From an uncultured Acidilobus sp. JCHS (GTDB lineage: Archaea; Thermoproteota; Thermoprotei_A; Sulfolobales; Acidilobaceae): a DNA stretch of 64,000 nt. A program made the translations under genes and the position numbers. Positions 48,243 through 57,342 of the stretch are shown one piece after another (the first letter of the stretch is position 1; each line of letters begins with the position of its first letter). A model generated the notes under the pieces. That model did no database searches. It was given only the letters and a program-made list of their open reading frames with translations, and had not been told where the DNA came from. The DNA is taken from contig AYMD01000001.1 in NCBI GenBank assembly GCA_000495735.1, positions 292,377 through 356,376 on the forward strand, written 5' to 3'.

Positions 48243-49751
48243 GTGGCGCGGGTTACGCCAATTGGGGGTGCAAGGGTCTCCCTACTTGGCTCAAGGGGGT
48301 CGAAGGCCAGCGAGAGGATTCTCTGGGACCTGAGGATCGAGGAGTTAGTTGATGATATCCTGGGTAAGGACAAGGACCGCTTCCTAGCTGATGTCTTCAA
48401 GGAGCCGCTCACCGACAGGGATGCTATCGCCTTCAGGCAGAGGGTGTTCGAGGACCTTATGGACGAGAGGGCATACGCCGTGGCAAGGGGCTTCGTAGAG
48501 GGGGTCAAAGAGGTCAGCAGGCTGCTGAGCCTGGAGGCAGACGCGTACGAGGAGTTCAGGTACGGCCTCCACCTCGACGCCGCCCTGGCCTATGTAAACA
48601 CGCTGGAGACCACGTTAAGCTCGCTGCGAGGCCTGAACGTAAGGTCTGAGGGCCTCGTCCATTTCATCAGTTACCTCGAGGACCTGGTTCGGAGCGAGGG
48701 GTTCCAGGCCTTAAAGGGGCTAGCGTACAAGGCAAAGGCCGCCAGGGACAGGATAAAGGCCAGGGTAAGCATAAGCGGGGACAGGGTAAGGGTCACAGAG
48801 GACGGCGGCGAGGACCTGTCGTCAAGGGTTGAGCGGCTTTTCTCGAGGTTCAAGTGGCAACAGGTCCGCCAGATCAGGTTCACGAGCAGCTACGGGCAGA
48901 TGACCCACGTTCACGCCATGATATTAAGGGGCATATACAATATCTTCAAGGAGGAGTTCGACGTAATGAGGAAGCTGAAGGAGGAGTTCCCCAACATAAT
49001 AGACGAGGGCGTCAAGTCCTTCGCTGAGGAGCTGGAGTTCTATCTCAGGTACATCGAATACATGAATGCCACCAAGTCCAAGGGGTACAAATTCTCAATA
49101 CCACAGTTCACCGAGGACGGGTCAATTCACGTCAAGGGCTTCTACAACCTGCTGTTAGCCAGGAAGGGCACGGCGGTGGCTAATGACATACGCACGTCAG
49201 GCCAAAGGAGGGTGTTCGTGATAACTGGCATGAACAGCAGCGGGAAGACGACATTTGCCATCACCTTTGGCCAGCTGGCCTTCCTCGCATCGATAGGTGT
49301 GCCCGTCCCAGCGGAGGAGGCCAGGATGCCCCTTTTCTCTAAGATATTGACTGCCTTCCCTATTGAAGAGGGCAGGCTGGAGGGCTTAAGCAGGCTTGAG
49401 GAGGACGTGGTCAGGGCCCTAGACATATTGAGGGCGGCTGACGACAGGACGCTGATCATAGTTAACGAGCTCTTCTCAGCCACAACGTCAGATGAGGGCT
49501 TTGAGCTCGCGAGCCGCTTCATTAAGGAGGTGATGAGCAGAGGCTCGTACCTCATTTACGTCACGTTCATCACGAGGCTGGCCTCGCTCGAAGGCGTGAT
49601 AAGCCTCGTGTCGCAGGTGAAGGACGGGAGGCCTACCTTCAAGATCGTGGAGGGAGGCCCTCCGTCAAGCTACATGGCCGTTCAGATAGCCGCAAGGCAT
49701 CAGCTGCTCTACGATGACGTAAGGGGCCGCGTCGGAGGGCGACCCCCATGA
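48243..49751 (+). CDS. MutS-family ATPase domain protein, MutS4A-like (no mismatch-binding domain)
   Basis: ITGMNSSGKTTF Walker A, GVPVPAEEA, IIVNELFSATT Walker B variant, YVTF; about 500 aa. Confidence 0.85.
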   Translation: MARVTPIGGARVSLLGSRGSKASERILWDLRIEELVDDILGKDKDRFLADVFKEPLTDRDAIAFRQRVFEDLMDERAYAVARGFVEGVKEVSRLLSLEADAYEEFRYGLHLDAALAYVNTLETTLSSLRGLNVRSEGLVHFISYLEDLVRSEGFQALKGLAYKAKAARDRIKARVSISGDRVRVTEDGGEDLSSRVERLFSRFKWQQVRQIRFTSSYGQMTHVHAMILRGIYNIFKEEFDVMRKLKEEFPNIIDEGVKSFAEELEFYLRYIEYMNATKSKGYKFSIPQFTEDGSIHVKGFYNLLLARKGTAVANDIRTSGQRRVFVITGMNSSGKTTFAITFGQLAFLASIGVPVPAEEARMPLFSKILTAFPIEEGRLEGLSRLEEDVVRALDILRAADDRTLIIVNELFSATTSDEGFELASRFIKEVMSRGSYLIYVTFITRLASLEGVISLVSQVKDGRPTFKIVEGGPPSSYMAVQIAARHQLLYDDVRGRVGGRPP

Positions 49752-51229
49752 TACAGTTTGACCTTCTCAGGGCAGGCGGCGCTGAGGTGAAGGGCCGGGA
49801 AGACGTGGTAAGGGACCTGGAGCTTGACAAGATCATAAACGCCGTGGCCCAGAAGGACGAGCTGATCATGGACGTGTGGACCCGCATGCTCCTGATGCCG
49901 GAAACCGACGTGGAGTCCATAAGGTACAGGCAGGAGGCAGTCAGGGACGCTATCCGCAACAGAAACGTCATAGTTGGGCTATATAACTTCACTAGGGACG
50001 TCATAACTAGGACCAGAAGGGCAACCTTCCTCGTGACCTATGATAACCCGGAGCTAGTGGTCTTTGAGACGGCCGCTGGCATGAGGATCATGATAGATGC
50101 CTTCAAGGACCTGAAGGGCATCCTCGGCAGGGCAAGCTTCTCGTCTCAGGCCTTCCGGGGCCTGGTGGACACGCTAATGGAGAACGCGGACGACGGCTTT
50201 ATAGCCTCGGCGAAGGAGCTACTGAGCATCTTTGACATCAGGAACGACACGATGGAGTTCTCAGTAAGGCTCGGCGCTCAAAATACGTTGGCTGACCCTA
50301 CGCTTTTGGTCCCTAAAAAGGAAGGCGGCATAATAAAGAAATTATTTAATAAGGAAAGGGCTTACGAGTTCAGGCTGGACCCTCACGACGAAAGGGGCGC
50401 GGAGATACTGGGGGACATCAGGAAGTGGGTCCTCGCCAACATAGCGCCAACCATGCTGAACGCCTACGAGAGCCTGTTGCGGTTCTACACAACCCTGAGC
50501 GAGCAGCTGGCCTTCTTCGTGGGGGCTATAAACCTTCACGACCTCTTCCAGAGGCTTGAGCTGCCCTTAGCGTACCCCGAGTTCTCTGAGGGCACGCTGT
50601 CGTTCAGGGACCTCCACTGCCTCTCCCTCGCGATATCGCTTAACAGGAGGCCTGTCCCGAACTCTCTGGAGACCCGTAACGTTAGCGCTTTCATAATAAC
50701 TGGCGTCAACAGGGGCGGCAAGACGACCTTCATGAAGTCGATAGGCCAGGCTATACTGCTCGCGAGGGCAGGGGTCTTCGTGCCTGCCAGCAGGCTGGTG
50801 TTGCCCTCGGCTGGGGCCGTTCACACGCACTTCCAGAGGGAGGAGGAGAGGACAATGTCCTATGGGAAGTTCGAGGAGGAGGTTGTAAGGTTCAGTAGGA
50901 TTGTTGACTCGCTGAGGCCCGGGGACTACGTGCTGATGAACGAGAGCTTCTCAACAACTAACCAGGTTGAGGCCTCGGAGGTCGCCAGGCAGGTCGTGCA
51001 GGCCCTGGTTGACAGCAGGGTGACGGTCTTCTACGTCACGTTCCTGCAGGACTTCATATACCGCTTCATTAGGGATAACGGGGGCAGAGCTATCCTGCTG
51101 GTGCCTGAGAGGCTGAAGGACGGAACCAGGACCTTCAGGTTACTTCAGGGCTCCGTTCAGCCGGGGTACGCGCTGGAGATCTGGGATAAACTGGTGAGAA
51201 GCGGCAGCAGCGGTGGACGGAGCCCCTGA
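49748..51229 (+). CDS. MutS-family ATPase domain protein, MutS4B-like
   Basis: ITGVNRGGKTTF, GVFVPA, THFQREE..GKFEEEV, LMNESFSTTN, YVTF; ATGA overlap with the partner. Confidence 0.85.
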   Translation: MIQFDLLRAGGAEVKGREDVVRDLELDKIINAVAQKDELIMDVWTRMLLMPETDVESIRYRQEAVRDAIRNRNVIVGLYNFTRDVITRTRRATFLVTYDNPELVVFETAAGMRIMIDAFKDLKGILGRASFSSQAFRGLVDTLMENADDGFIASAKELLSIFDIRNDTMEFSVRLGAQNTLADPTLLVPKKEGGIIKKLFNKERAYEFRLDPHDERGAEILGDIRKWVLANIAPTMLNAYESLLRFYTTLSEQLAFFVGAINLHDLFQRLELPLAYPEFSEGTLSFRDLHCLSLAISLNRRPVPNSLETRNVSAFIITGVNRGGKTTFMKSIGQAILLARAGVFVPASRLVLPSAGAVHTHFQREEERTMSYGKFEEEVVRFSRIVDSLRPGDYVLMNESFSTTNQVEASEVARQVVQALVDSRVTVFYVTFLQDFIYRFIRDNGGRAILLVPERLKDGTRTFRLLQGSVQPGYALEIWDKLVRSGSSGGRSP

Positions 51230-51435
51230 GCCTGTTTACCGATCCCATGAACAGCGAGCGTCAGAGGCCCCCAAGGCCTTAGCTGACCTTCTCCCTGCCC
51301 TAAAGGGCTAGGCTTGCCTTTCGCTTTTGTCAAACAGGGAAGCAGCCCGCCGCTGGGCGTGAGTGAGCCAGGACAGGTTAGCGACTGTGAATTCCGCGAA
51401 GGGGTTCAACGTAACGTCTTCGCGCTTAGAAGGCG

Positions 51436-52431
51436 TCAGGCCTTAAAGCTCGCTGAGCTGTAGGCCTCGTCTATACATGAGACCTTGTAGACTTCCTCGG
51501 CGACGCCGTGGGCGTAGCCCTCAAGCTCCTTCCCCCTCATGCCTGATGCCAGGAGGGTCATGAAGACCTCCTCCATGTACTCCCTCAGGCTGGCGTTTGA
51601 GACGGCTGGGTAGTCAGAGCCGTAGATGACCCTGCCCTTCGGGAAGTCCCTCAACACCATGGGCACTAGCTGAGGGGGCAGGGCGGAGGTGTCAACGAGG
51701 ACGTTGTCGAAGCTCCTGGCCAGGGCCAGGGTCTCCTCGAAGAAGACCCCTGGGGCTATCGCGCTGTAGCCCCCCGCGTGGGCTATGATCACCGGCGTGT
51801 CCCTGTGGGTCCTCAGGTGGACCTCAAGCCTTGACGGGTCGCCGTACTTGCAGAACCTGGGCAGCTCCCATATGCCAGGGTCGCAGCCGCTGTGGACTAT
51901 GACAGGGAGCCCCCTGGACTCGGCCACCTCCAGGACGACGCCCACCTGGGGGGAGTCGAGGTGTTGGAGGAACAGCGTAGAGATCACCTTGAAGCCCCTG
52001 AAACCTCTTGAGGCGGCGGCCTCGAGGACAGAGGCCAGCTCTTCGGGAGCGAGGGAGAGGTTCGCCGGGAAGACCGGGGCGAAGTTGCTCAGGGCGGACA
52101 TGTGCTGGTGCCTGGCGAAGGTGCAGAAGTCCTCTGCCAGCCTGACGGCGTTAACGTAGAGGACCTCGGGCTGGAGGTACTCCATTACGTCAGATGCGTA
52201 CTTCTCTATGATTGGCCTGGCCCTCTCGAACTCCCTGTTAACGTCGTCTATGGTCACCTTTGAGAGGACGTCCTTGAAGGGCGGTATCCCTATTATGACG
52301 GCCCCTCTGACGCCGGCGTCCACGAGACCCCTTATGTAGTCGTTGACCTCCTTAGTTGTCCTAAGGAGGGGCATGTGGACGTGGCCGTCTATGACGCAGC
52401 TTACCGGGACGTCAGCCCTCAGCGCCCGCAC
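51436..52431 (-). CDS. Amidohydrolase_2 family metal-dependent hydrolase
   Basis: IDGHVH, IVHSG, IAHAGG, VDTS, IYGSDYP. Confidence 0.85.
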   Translation of the reverse strand: MRALRADVPVSCVIDGHVHMPLLRTTKEVNDYIRGLVDAGVRGAVIIGIPPFKDVLSKVTIDDVNREFERARPIIEKYASDVMEYLQPEVLYVNAVRLAEDFCTFARHQHMSALSNFAPVFPANLSLAPEELASVLEAAASRGFRGFKVISTLFLQHLDSPQVGVVLEVAESRGLPVIVHSGCDPGIWELPRFCKYGDPSRLEVHLRTHRDTPVIIAHAGGYSAIAPGVFFEETLALARSFDNVLVDTSALPPQLVPMVLRDFPKGRVIYGSDYPAVSNASLREYMEEVFMTLLASGMRGKELEGYAHGVAEEVYKVSCIDEAYSSASFKA

Positions 52432-52903
52432 CCACCGCTGTGTCCCGGCCTCCGCTTTTACGCCTGCGCCCCTGCCTGCAGGGCCTCAGGCCGAGCCCCC
52501 TGATCAGCTCGTCAGGGCTCTGGCCTGGGGCTAGGTAGTAGGACCTGCACGGCCCTCCGGGGGTAGCGGTTATCACCTTCAGCAGCCCCTTCCTGACCAG
52601 CGAGGCGAGGGCTACCCAGACAGTGCCCTTCGGGAGGCCGGTGGCCTTCATGACCTCCTCCCTCGTGTGGGCCCCTGCCTCAACGGCCTTAAGTATGGCC
52701 TGCTGGACCCTCCCGACCCTCCTTGACCTGCCGTCAAGGGACCTCTGGGCGGCGGGGAGCCATATCACCGCGGGCCCCTGGGCGGTCACAGTGCCGTCAG
52801 CGTAGCACGTGACGTCCCCGAACCTCACGACAACGCCTACGCTCTCGCACGGGACGGCCTCTGACAAGCCCTTCCCCTCAGCTGAGGAGAGCTCATGATA
52901 CAA
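52412..52903 (-). CDS. Winged helix-turn-helix regulator
   Basis: TREEVMKATGLPKGTVWVALASLVRKGLL; stop overlaps the amidohydrolase start region. Confidence 0.65.
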   Translation of the reverse strand: MYHELSSAEGKGLSEAVPCESVGVVVRFGDVTCYADGTVTAQGPAVIWLPAAQRSLDGRSRRVGRVQQAILKAVEAGAHTREEVMKATGLPKGTVWVALASLVRKGLLKVITATPGGPCRSYYLAPGQSPDELIRGLGLRPCRQGRRRKSGGRDTAVGAGAEG

Positions 52904-52945
52904 TGGCTTGGGGAGGTTTTTATCCTTCAGGCGACGTATCGTTCT

Positions 52946-53021
52946 GGGCCCGTAGCTCAGCCAGGACCAGAGCGCCGGCCTTCGGAGCCGGAGGTCCCGG
53001 GTTCAAGTCCCGGCGGGCCCG
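52946..53021 (+). tRNA. tRNA-Arg, anticodon TCG
   Basis: GGGCCCG/CGGGCCC, GCTC/GAGC, CCGGC-CTTCGGA-GCCGG, CCGGG-TTCAAGT-CCCGG; no intron, no encoded CCA. Confidence 0.95.
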
Positions 53022-53144
53022 TAGGCATTTTCCTTCGAGTGACCTGAAGAGGTTCGCAGGTCCTGGAGGCAACGACATTACCTACATGGCTTTGACTGAC
53101 CGGCTGAAGCATCCCTGTAGGTCCGCAAAGCCTTAGGCCCTGGG

Positions 53145-53618
53145 CTAGAGGTACCTATCTAGCTCCCTGTACAACTCCTCCCACTCCTCGCCCTGGCCCA
53201 GGAGCCTTCCCCTGACCAGCGCCTGGTAGAGGTCGTGAAGCATGACGTGGTGAAACGCCTCGTCCCTTAGGATAAGCCTAAGTATGAATGAGAGCTGCGG
53301 GTCCTGGGCAACCGCGGGGTCTCTCACGGCAGCCTCGAAGAATCTAAGGGCCTCCTCCTCGACCTCTACGTGCTCCCTTATCCTGGCCAACGACTCCTCG
53401 GCCTCAGCTATCGCAGGCCCCTCGCCTTTGCCCTCGACAAGCCTTACGGCCTCAAGGAGCAGCGCTCTATGCTTCTGGGAGTCCATGGCTACTGCGGTAA
53501 GGACCGCCCTGACAAGAGGGTTCTCGACGTTTTTAGCGGTCTCGAGGATCTTCTCAGCGTGCCTCACCTCCTCGTCGGCCCAGGCCTCCAACCTTGACTT
53601 GAGCTCCCCCGCAGACAA
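53145..53618 (-). CDS. Ferritin-like/rubrerythrin-domain di-iron protein
   Basis: EEVRH, DSQKH, EVEEEA and DEAFHH four-helix metal ligand pattern. Confidence 0.75.
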   Translation of the reverse strand: MSAGELKSRLEAWADEEVRHAEKILETAKNVENPLVRAVLTAVAMDSQKHRALLLEAVRLVEGKGEGPAIAEAEESLARIREHVEVEEEALRFFEAAVRDPAVAQDPQLSFILRLILRDEAFHHVMLHDLYQALVRGRLLGQGEEWEELYRELDRYL

Positions 53619-53826
53619 TCAGCGTCCCAGGTCAGCAGCGCGTTCACCATTATAAGTGATATGCTATAATTTTATATCATATTACAAATTTACAGTTTAG
53701 CTACCTAACCCTTGAGGCCTCCGCCTGGCGACGAGCTGGAGATCTGCCCAGGCCTTACCCATGAAGGCCTTGGCTTCAGGAAGAAGGCAAAAAAGTTAAG
53801 GGAAGACTTAAGGGAACGGCCAATGG

Positions 53827-54369
53827 TCACGGGAGCGCTATCCCGACGGCGCCCGCGTAGGCCATAATGAGGAACACGAAGGCGTCAACCAGCGAGGCTG
53901 CGGCGCCGACCTTCCTCAGCGCGGCGTTCCCCGTGTATCCGGCGGCGCCTAGGAAGATCGTCACTATCACGAGCAGCCCCAGCGCCACCGACAGGGTGTA
54001 GAGCCCGTGCTGGGCCACGAATATGGTGAAGCCCAGGAACAGCAGCCCCGTGAACCACACGGCGTGGTTGACGGCCATCCTGTTCCCGCCGCCTATGGCC
54101 AGCGGGAGGCCCAGGGCCCAGAGAAGCAGGATGAAAGCAGCTGCCACTGTCGCCCCGAATATGTTCCTGTCAGCTATTATGAAGCCCATTGCTATGGTCT
54201 CCAGCAGGGCGCCCGTCAGGAGGACCCAGCCGAAGTCCCTGGGGTCGTTCTTGCCCTTGGGCAGGTTCAGCTCAACAAAGCCTATGACCAGGGTCATCAC
54301 GGCGGCCTCCCACAGAAGGGTGTTCAGGGCCACCTCAGACAGGGACGGACCACCGGACATGGGTTTCAC
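53827..54369 (-). CDS. AmiS/UreI- or AceTr-like six-helix small-solute channel
   Basis: 180 aa with 6 hydrophobic helices; GKNDPRDFGWVLL resembles the UreI/AmiS loop; divergent from the second acs. Confidence 0.55.
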   Translation of the reverse strand: MKPMSGGPSLSEVALNTLLWEAAVMTLVIGFVELNLPKGKNDPRDFGWVLLTGALLETIAMGFIIADRNIFGATVAAAFILLLWALGLPLAIGGGNRMAVNHAVWFTGLLFLGFTIFVAQHGLYTLSVALGLLVIVTIFLGAAGYTGNAALRKVGAAASLVDAFVFLIMAYAGAVGIALP

Positions 54370-54482
54370 ACTATTGTACCACTTATGTGAAACCCTTTAT
54401 AAGAATTCTCTGAAAACTGATAAGTATCCAGCCTTGTAGACAACAGCATATATGTCCATAGACGCAACACTTTTTAAAAGGG

Positions 54483-56489
54483 GTGTTTGATAGGGGGCTG
54501 GGACGAAAGGTGTCGGCCCCAGGCTTCGGAGGCAAGCCCATCCTTATCCCCCCACAGGTCTCGTACCTGAGGGCTCAGGCAGAGAAGGACCCCATAGCCT
54601 TCTGGGACTCAGTGGCGAGGGAGGAGACAGACCTCATCTACTGGAGGAGGCTCTGGGACAAGACGTTCGAGTGGGAGCCAGGCAAGCCATACAGGTGGTT
54701 CGTGGGCGGCATAACGAACGCCCACTACAGCCACGTAGACTACCCCATCCAGAAGGGGCTCGGCAACAAGGCCATCTACATCTATGAGAACGCGGAGCTC
54801 GGCATAACCAGGACGTATACCTTCCTTCAGTTCGACGACATGGTACGCCGCTACGCGGCCGCCATGAGGGCCCTCGGCGTGGGGAAGGGCGACAGGGTGC
54901 TCCTCTACATGCCTACCAGGGTTGAGGCCATAGCCGTGCTCCACGCGGCCGCCAGGATAGGCGCCATAGCCTCGTCGGTCTACGCGGGCTTCTCGGCCAA
55001 GGCCCTCCTGGACAGGATTGAGCTCATAGGGGCCAAGGTACTGTTCACGCAGGACTTCAACATGAGGAGGGGCAAGCTTATAGACCTCAAGGGGATAGTT
55101 GACGAGGCCCTTAGGTCAAAGGAGAGGACTACGGTAGAGAGGGTTGTGGTGTTTAAGTCCGAGTACACCGAGAAGGAGCCCCAGATGCAGGGCGGTCGCG
55201 ACATGTTCTTTGAGGAGTTCCTCAGCATGAGCAAGGACGGCTCTCCTGAGGTAGAGTGGGTGGAGTCAAACGAGCCCCTTTTCATAACCCCTACCTCAGG
55301 CACTACCGCGAAGCCTAAGCCGGTGGTGCACAAGCACGGGCCCTTCCAGGTGCACGTGGTGACGATGGGCAGGTGGGTCTACGACCTCGGCCCTGAGGAC
55401 ACCTGGTTCATAACGAGCGACGTGGGCTGGCAGGCCGGCGTCAGCTACATGGTCTGGGGCGTGCCCATATTCGGCGCCACCAGCGTGGTCTTCGACGGCG
55501 CCCCTGATTACCCGAGGCCCGACATGTGGTGGGAGGTCATAGAGCGCAATAGGGTCACGAAGCTCTGGATATCGCCCACAGGCATAAGGCTTCTGAGCAA
55601 GTACGGCACAGAGTACGCGAGGAAGCACGACCTGTCGAGCCTGAAAGTGGTCTTCAGCGCGGGGGAGCCCCTGAACCCCGAGCCCCTCAAGTGGCTCATG
55701 TACGACGTCCTTGAGGGGAGGGTGCCCGTGATAGACCACTACTGGCAGACCGAGACAGGAGGGCCCGTGGTCGGCAACCCCTATGGGATACAGATGATAC
55801 CGATAAAGCCTGGCAGTGCGGGCATACCCCTGCCCGGCATCATGGGTATGGTGGTCAGCGAGGAGACCGGACAACCAGCTAAGCCTGGCGAGAAGGGCGT
55901 CTTCGTTATCAAACACCCGTTCCCAGGCTTCACTTCAGAGCTCTGGCAGGACTACCAGTGGTACGTCAGGTCCTACTGGGAGGCCAGGCCCCAGCTCAAG
56001 GGGCTCATATACTCTGGCGACGCCGCCATGGTTGACGAGGATGGCTACGTGTGGTTCCTCGGGAGGGCTGACGACGTGATAAAGATATCAGCCCACAGGA
56101 TAGGCACCTTCGAGCTGGAGAGCGCCCTGGTCTCTCACCCAGCGGTCGCCGAGGCCGCAGTCATAGGGGTGCCTGACCCCGAGAGGGGGCAGGTGGCCGT
56201 GGGCTTCGTGGTGCTCAAGGAGGGCTACAGGCCCAGCGAGGAGCTTAAGAAGGAGCTAATAGAGCACGTCAGGAAGACCTTCGGCCCCATAGCGGTGTTC
56301 AAGACCATAGAGATAGTGAAGGCCCTGCCCAAGACCAGGAGCGGGAAGATAATGAGGAGGGTCATCAGGGCGGTCTACCTGAACGAGCCGCTGGGCGACG
56401 TCTCGGCCCTTGAGGACGAGAGCCAGGTGGAGGAGATAAGGAGGGCCATAGAGCAGTTCAAGAAGGCCATGGAGGAAAGGGGGCCTTAG
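54483..56489 (+). CDS. Second acetyl/propionyl-CoA synthetase (AMP-forming)
   Basis: TPTSGTTAKPKP, DHYWQTETG, YSGDAA, AHRIGTFE, LPKTRSGKIMRR. Confidence 0.92.
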   Translation: MFDRGLGRKVSAPGFGGKPILIPPQVSYLRAQAEKDPIAFWDSVAREETDLIYWRRLWDKTFEWEPGKPYRWFVGGITNAHYSHVDYPIQKGLGNKAIYIYENAELGITRTYTFLQFDDMVRRYAAAMRALGVGKGDRVLLYMPTRVEAIAVLHAAARIGAIASSVYAGFSAKALLDRIELIGAKVLFTQDFNMRRGKLIDLKGIVDEALRSKERTTVERVVVFKSEYTEKEPQMQGGRDMFFEEFLSMSKDGSPEVEWVESNEPLFITPTSGTTAKPKPVVHKHGPFQVHVVTMGRWVYDLGPEDTWFITSDVGWQAGVSYMVWGVPIFGATSVVFDGAPDYPRPDMWWEVIERNRVTKLWISPTGIRLLSKYGTEYARKHDLSSLKVVFSAGEPLNPEPLKWLMYDVLEGRVPVIDHYWQTETGGPVVGNPYGIQMIPIKPGSAGIPLPGIMGMVVSEETGQPAKPGEKGVFVIKHPFPGFTSELWQDYQWYVRSYWEARPQLKGLIYSGDAAMVDEDGYVWFLGRADDVIKISAHRIGTFELESALVSHPAVAEAAVIGVPDPERGQVAVGFVVLKEGYRPSEELKKELIEHVRKTFGPIAVFKTIEIVKALPKTRSGKIMRRVIRAVYLNEPLGDVSALEDESQVEEIRRAIEQFKKAMEERGP

Positions 56490-56655
56490 GGCAAGCGGAG
56501 CTGGCCACGGAGTCCGCAGGCCTAAGACGCTGTAAGAACCCTTGAGAGGCTAAGGCTTAGAGGAGAAGCTCTGACCGCGTGGCTTTTTAGAAGGTCATCG
56601 CGAGGTTGTTTTTCACTCAGTAGACCCTTAAGCCTTCTCCCGCCTCACTAGACAA

Positions 56656-56719
56656 GGCCGATGAAGAGACCATCAGTGGTTAGACCTTGTGGGGTGAAGA
56701 CGGGTTGCCCCTCGAGGCC
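56656..56719 (+). ncRNA. Candidate box C/D sRNA with degenerate D boxes
   Basis: GGCC ends; C ATGAAGA 56661-67; D' TAGA 56681-84; C' GTGAAGA 56694-700; D TCGA 56712-15; CTTAAG box about 25 nt upstream. Confidence 0.4.
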
Positions 56720-57235
56720 CTCCCCGCTGGCCTAGGCCTACAGGGCGCACAGGTGCACCGACGTCCTCTCCTTACGCCTCTGCCTGCCGTCCCCCTCTTC
56801 TTGCCTGGCCATGCACTAAGCCTGAGGGCGCGCCTGAGGTACGAGAGGGACAAGACGCTGGAGGAGGCCGTGAGGTGCGTCGCGAGAAGCCTCGGCCTCA
56901 ACTACATAGACCCCGAGAGGCTCTACGTAGTAAGGAGCTACGGCTCCAGGTCAAGGGCCACAGCAAGGATATACATGATGCCCTCTGCCTGGAGGTTCGC
57001 CCTCAACATGGGGCCCGTCTACCTCATAGAGTTCATATCAGAGAGGTTTGACAGGCTGACGCCAATGGGGAAGGCTGAGGTCATAGTACACGAGCTCCTC
57101 CACATACTCCCTGCGTTCAGCGGCGGCCTGAGGCCCCACGGGAGGCTCGTCAACGACGGGCTCGCCAGGAGGCTGACCTCGAGAGTCGACGAGGACTGCC
57201 TGAGGCTTTTAGGCGGCGACGAGGAGAGCAGGTAG
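56687..57235 (+). CDS. Putative metallopeptidase (HExxH); true start probably near 56822-56834
   Basis: ATARIY, YLIEFISERF, VIVHELLHI, GGLRPH; the first 45 or so codons look non-coding. Confidence 0.75.
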   Translation: MWGEDGLPLEALPAGLGLQGAQVHRRPLLTPLPAVPLFLPGHALSLRARLRYERDKTLEEAVRCVARSLGLNYIDPERLYVVRSYGSRSRATARIYMMPSAWRFALNMGPVYLIEFISERFDRLTPMGKAEVIVHELLHILPAFSGGLRPHGRLVNDGLARRLTSRVDEDCLRLLGGDEESR

Positions 57236-57342
57236 TGCAGTCACCTGAGTCCAATCGCAACGAAGGGCTACCCCCTGCCCACGGTCCTATCGGTAGGACC
57301 TGTGGATGTCCAGGGCCCTTAGGAGGCCTGGAATCTGCTGAG

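Noticed and set aside
48243-51229. Canonical mismatch-repair MutS1 or MutS2
   Set aside because: Too short; no mismatch-binding or Smr domain, no mutL, and Asn replaces the Walker B Asp
40620-53021. Accessory-looking block bounded by two tRNAs sharing GCCGGAGGTCCCGGGTTCAA, suggesting an integrated element
   Set aside because: The shared sequence is the ordinary conserved tRNA arm; no integrase, no duplicated tRNA 3' half (att site), no replication or transfer genes
53040-53110. Possible C/D sRNA downstream of tRNA-Arg (CTGAAGA ... CTGA)
   Set aside because: No credible D'/C' pair, wrong spacing, and only about 8 nt of rRNA complementarity
53657-53679. TGATAT-N11-ATATCA inverted repeat upstream of the ferritin-like gene as a metal-regulator operator
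   Set aside because: Short, AT-rich and overlapping the TATA region, so likely chance; no second copy found
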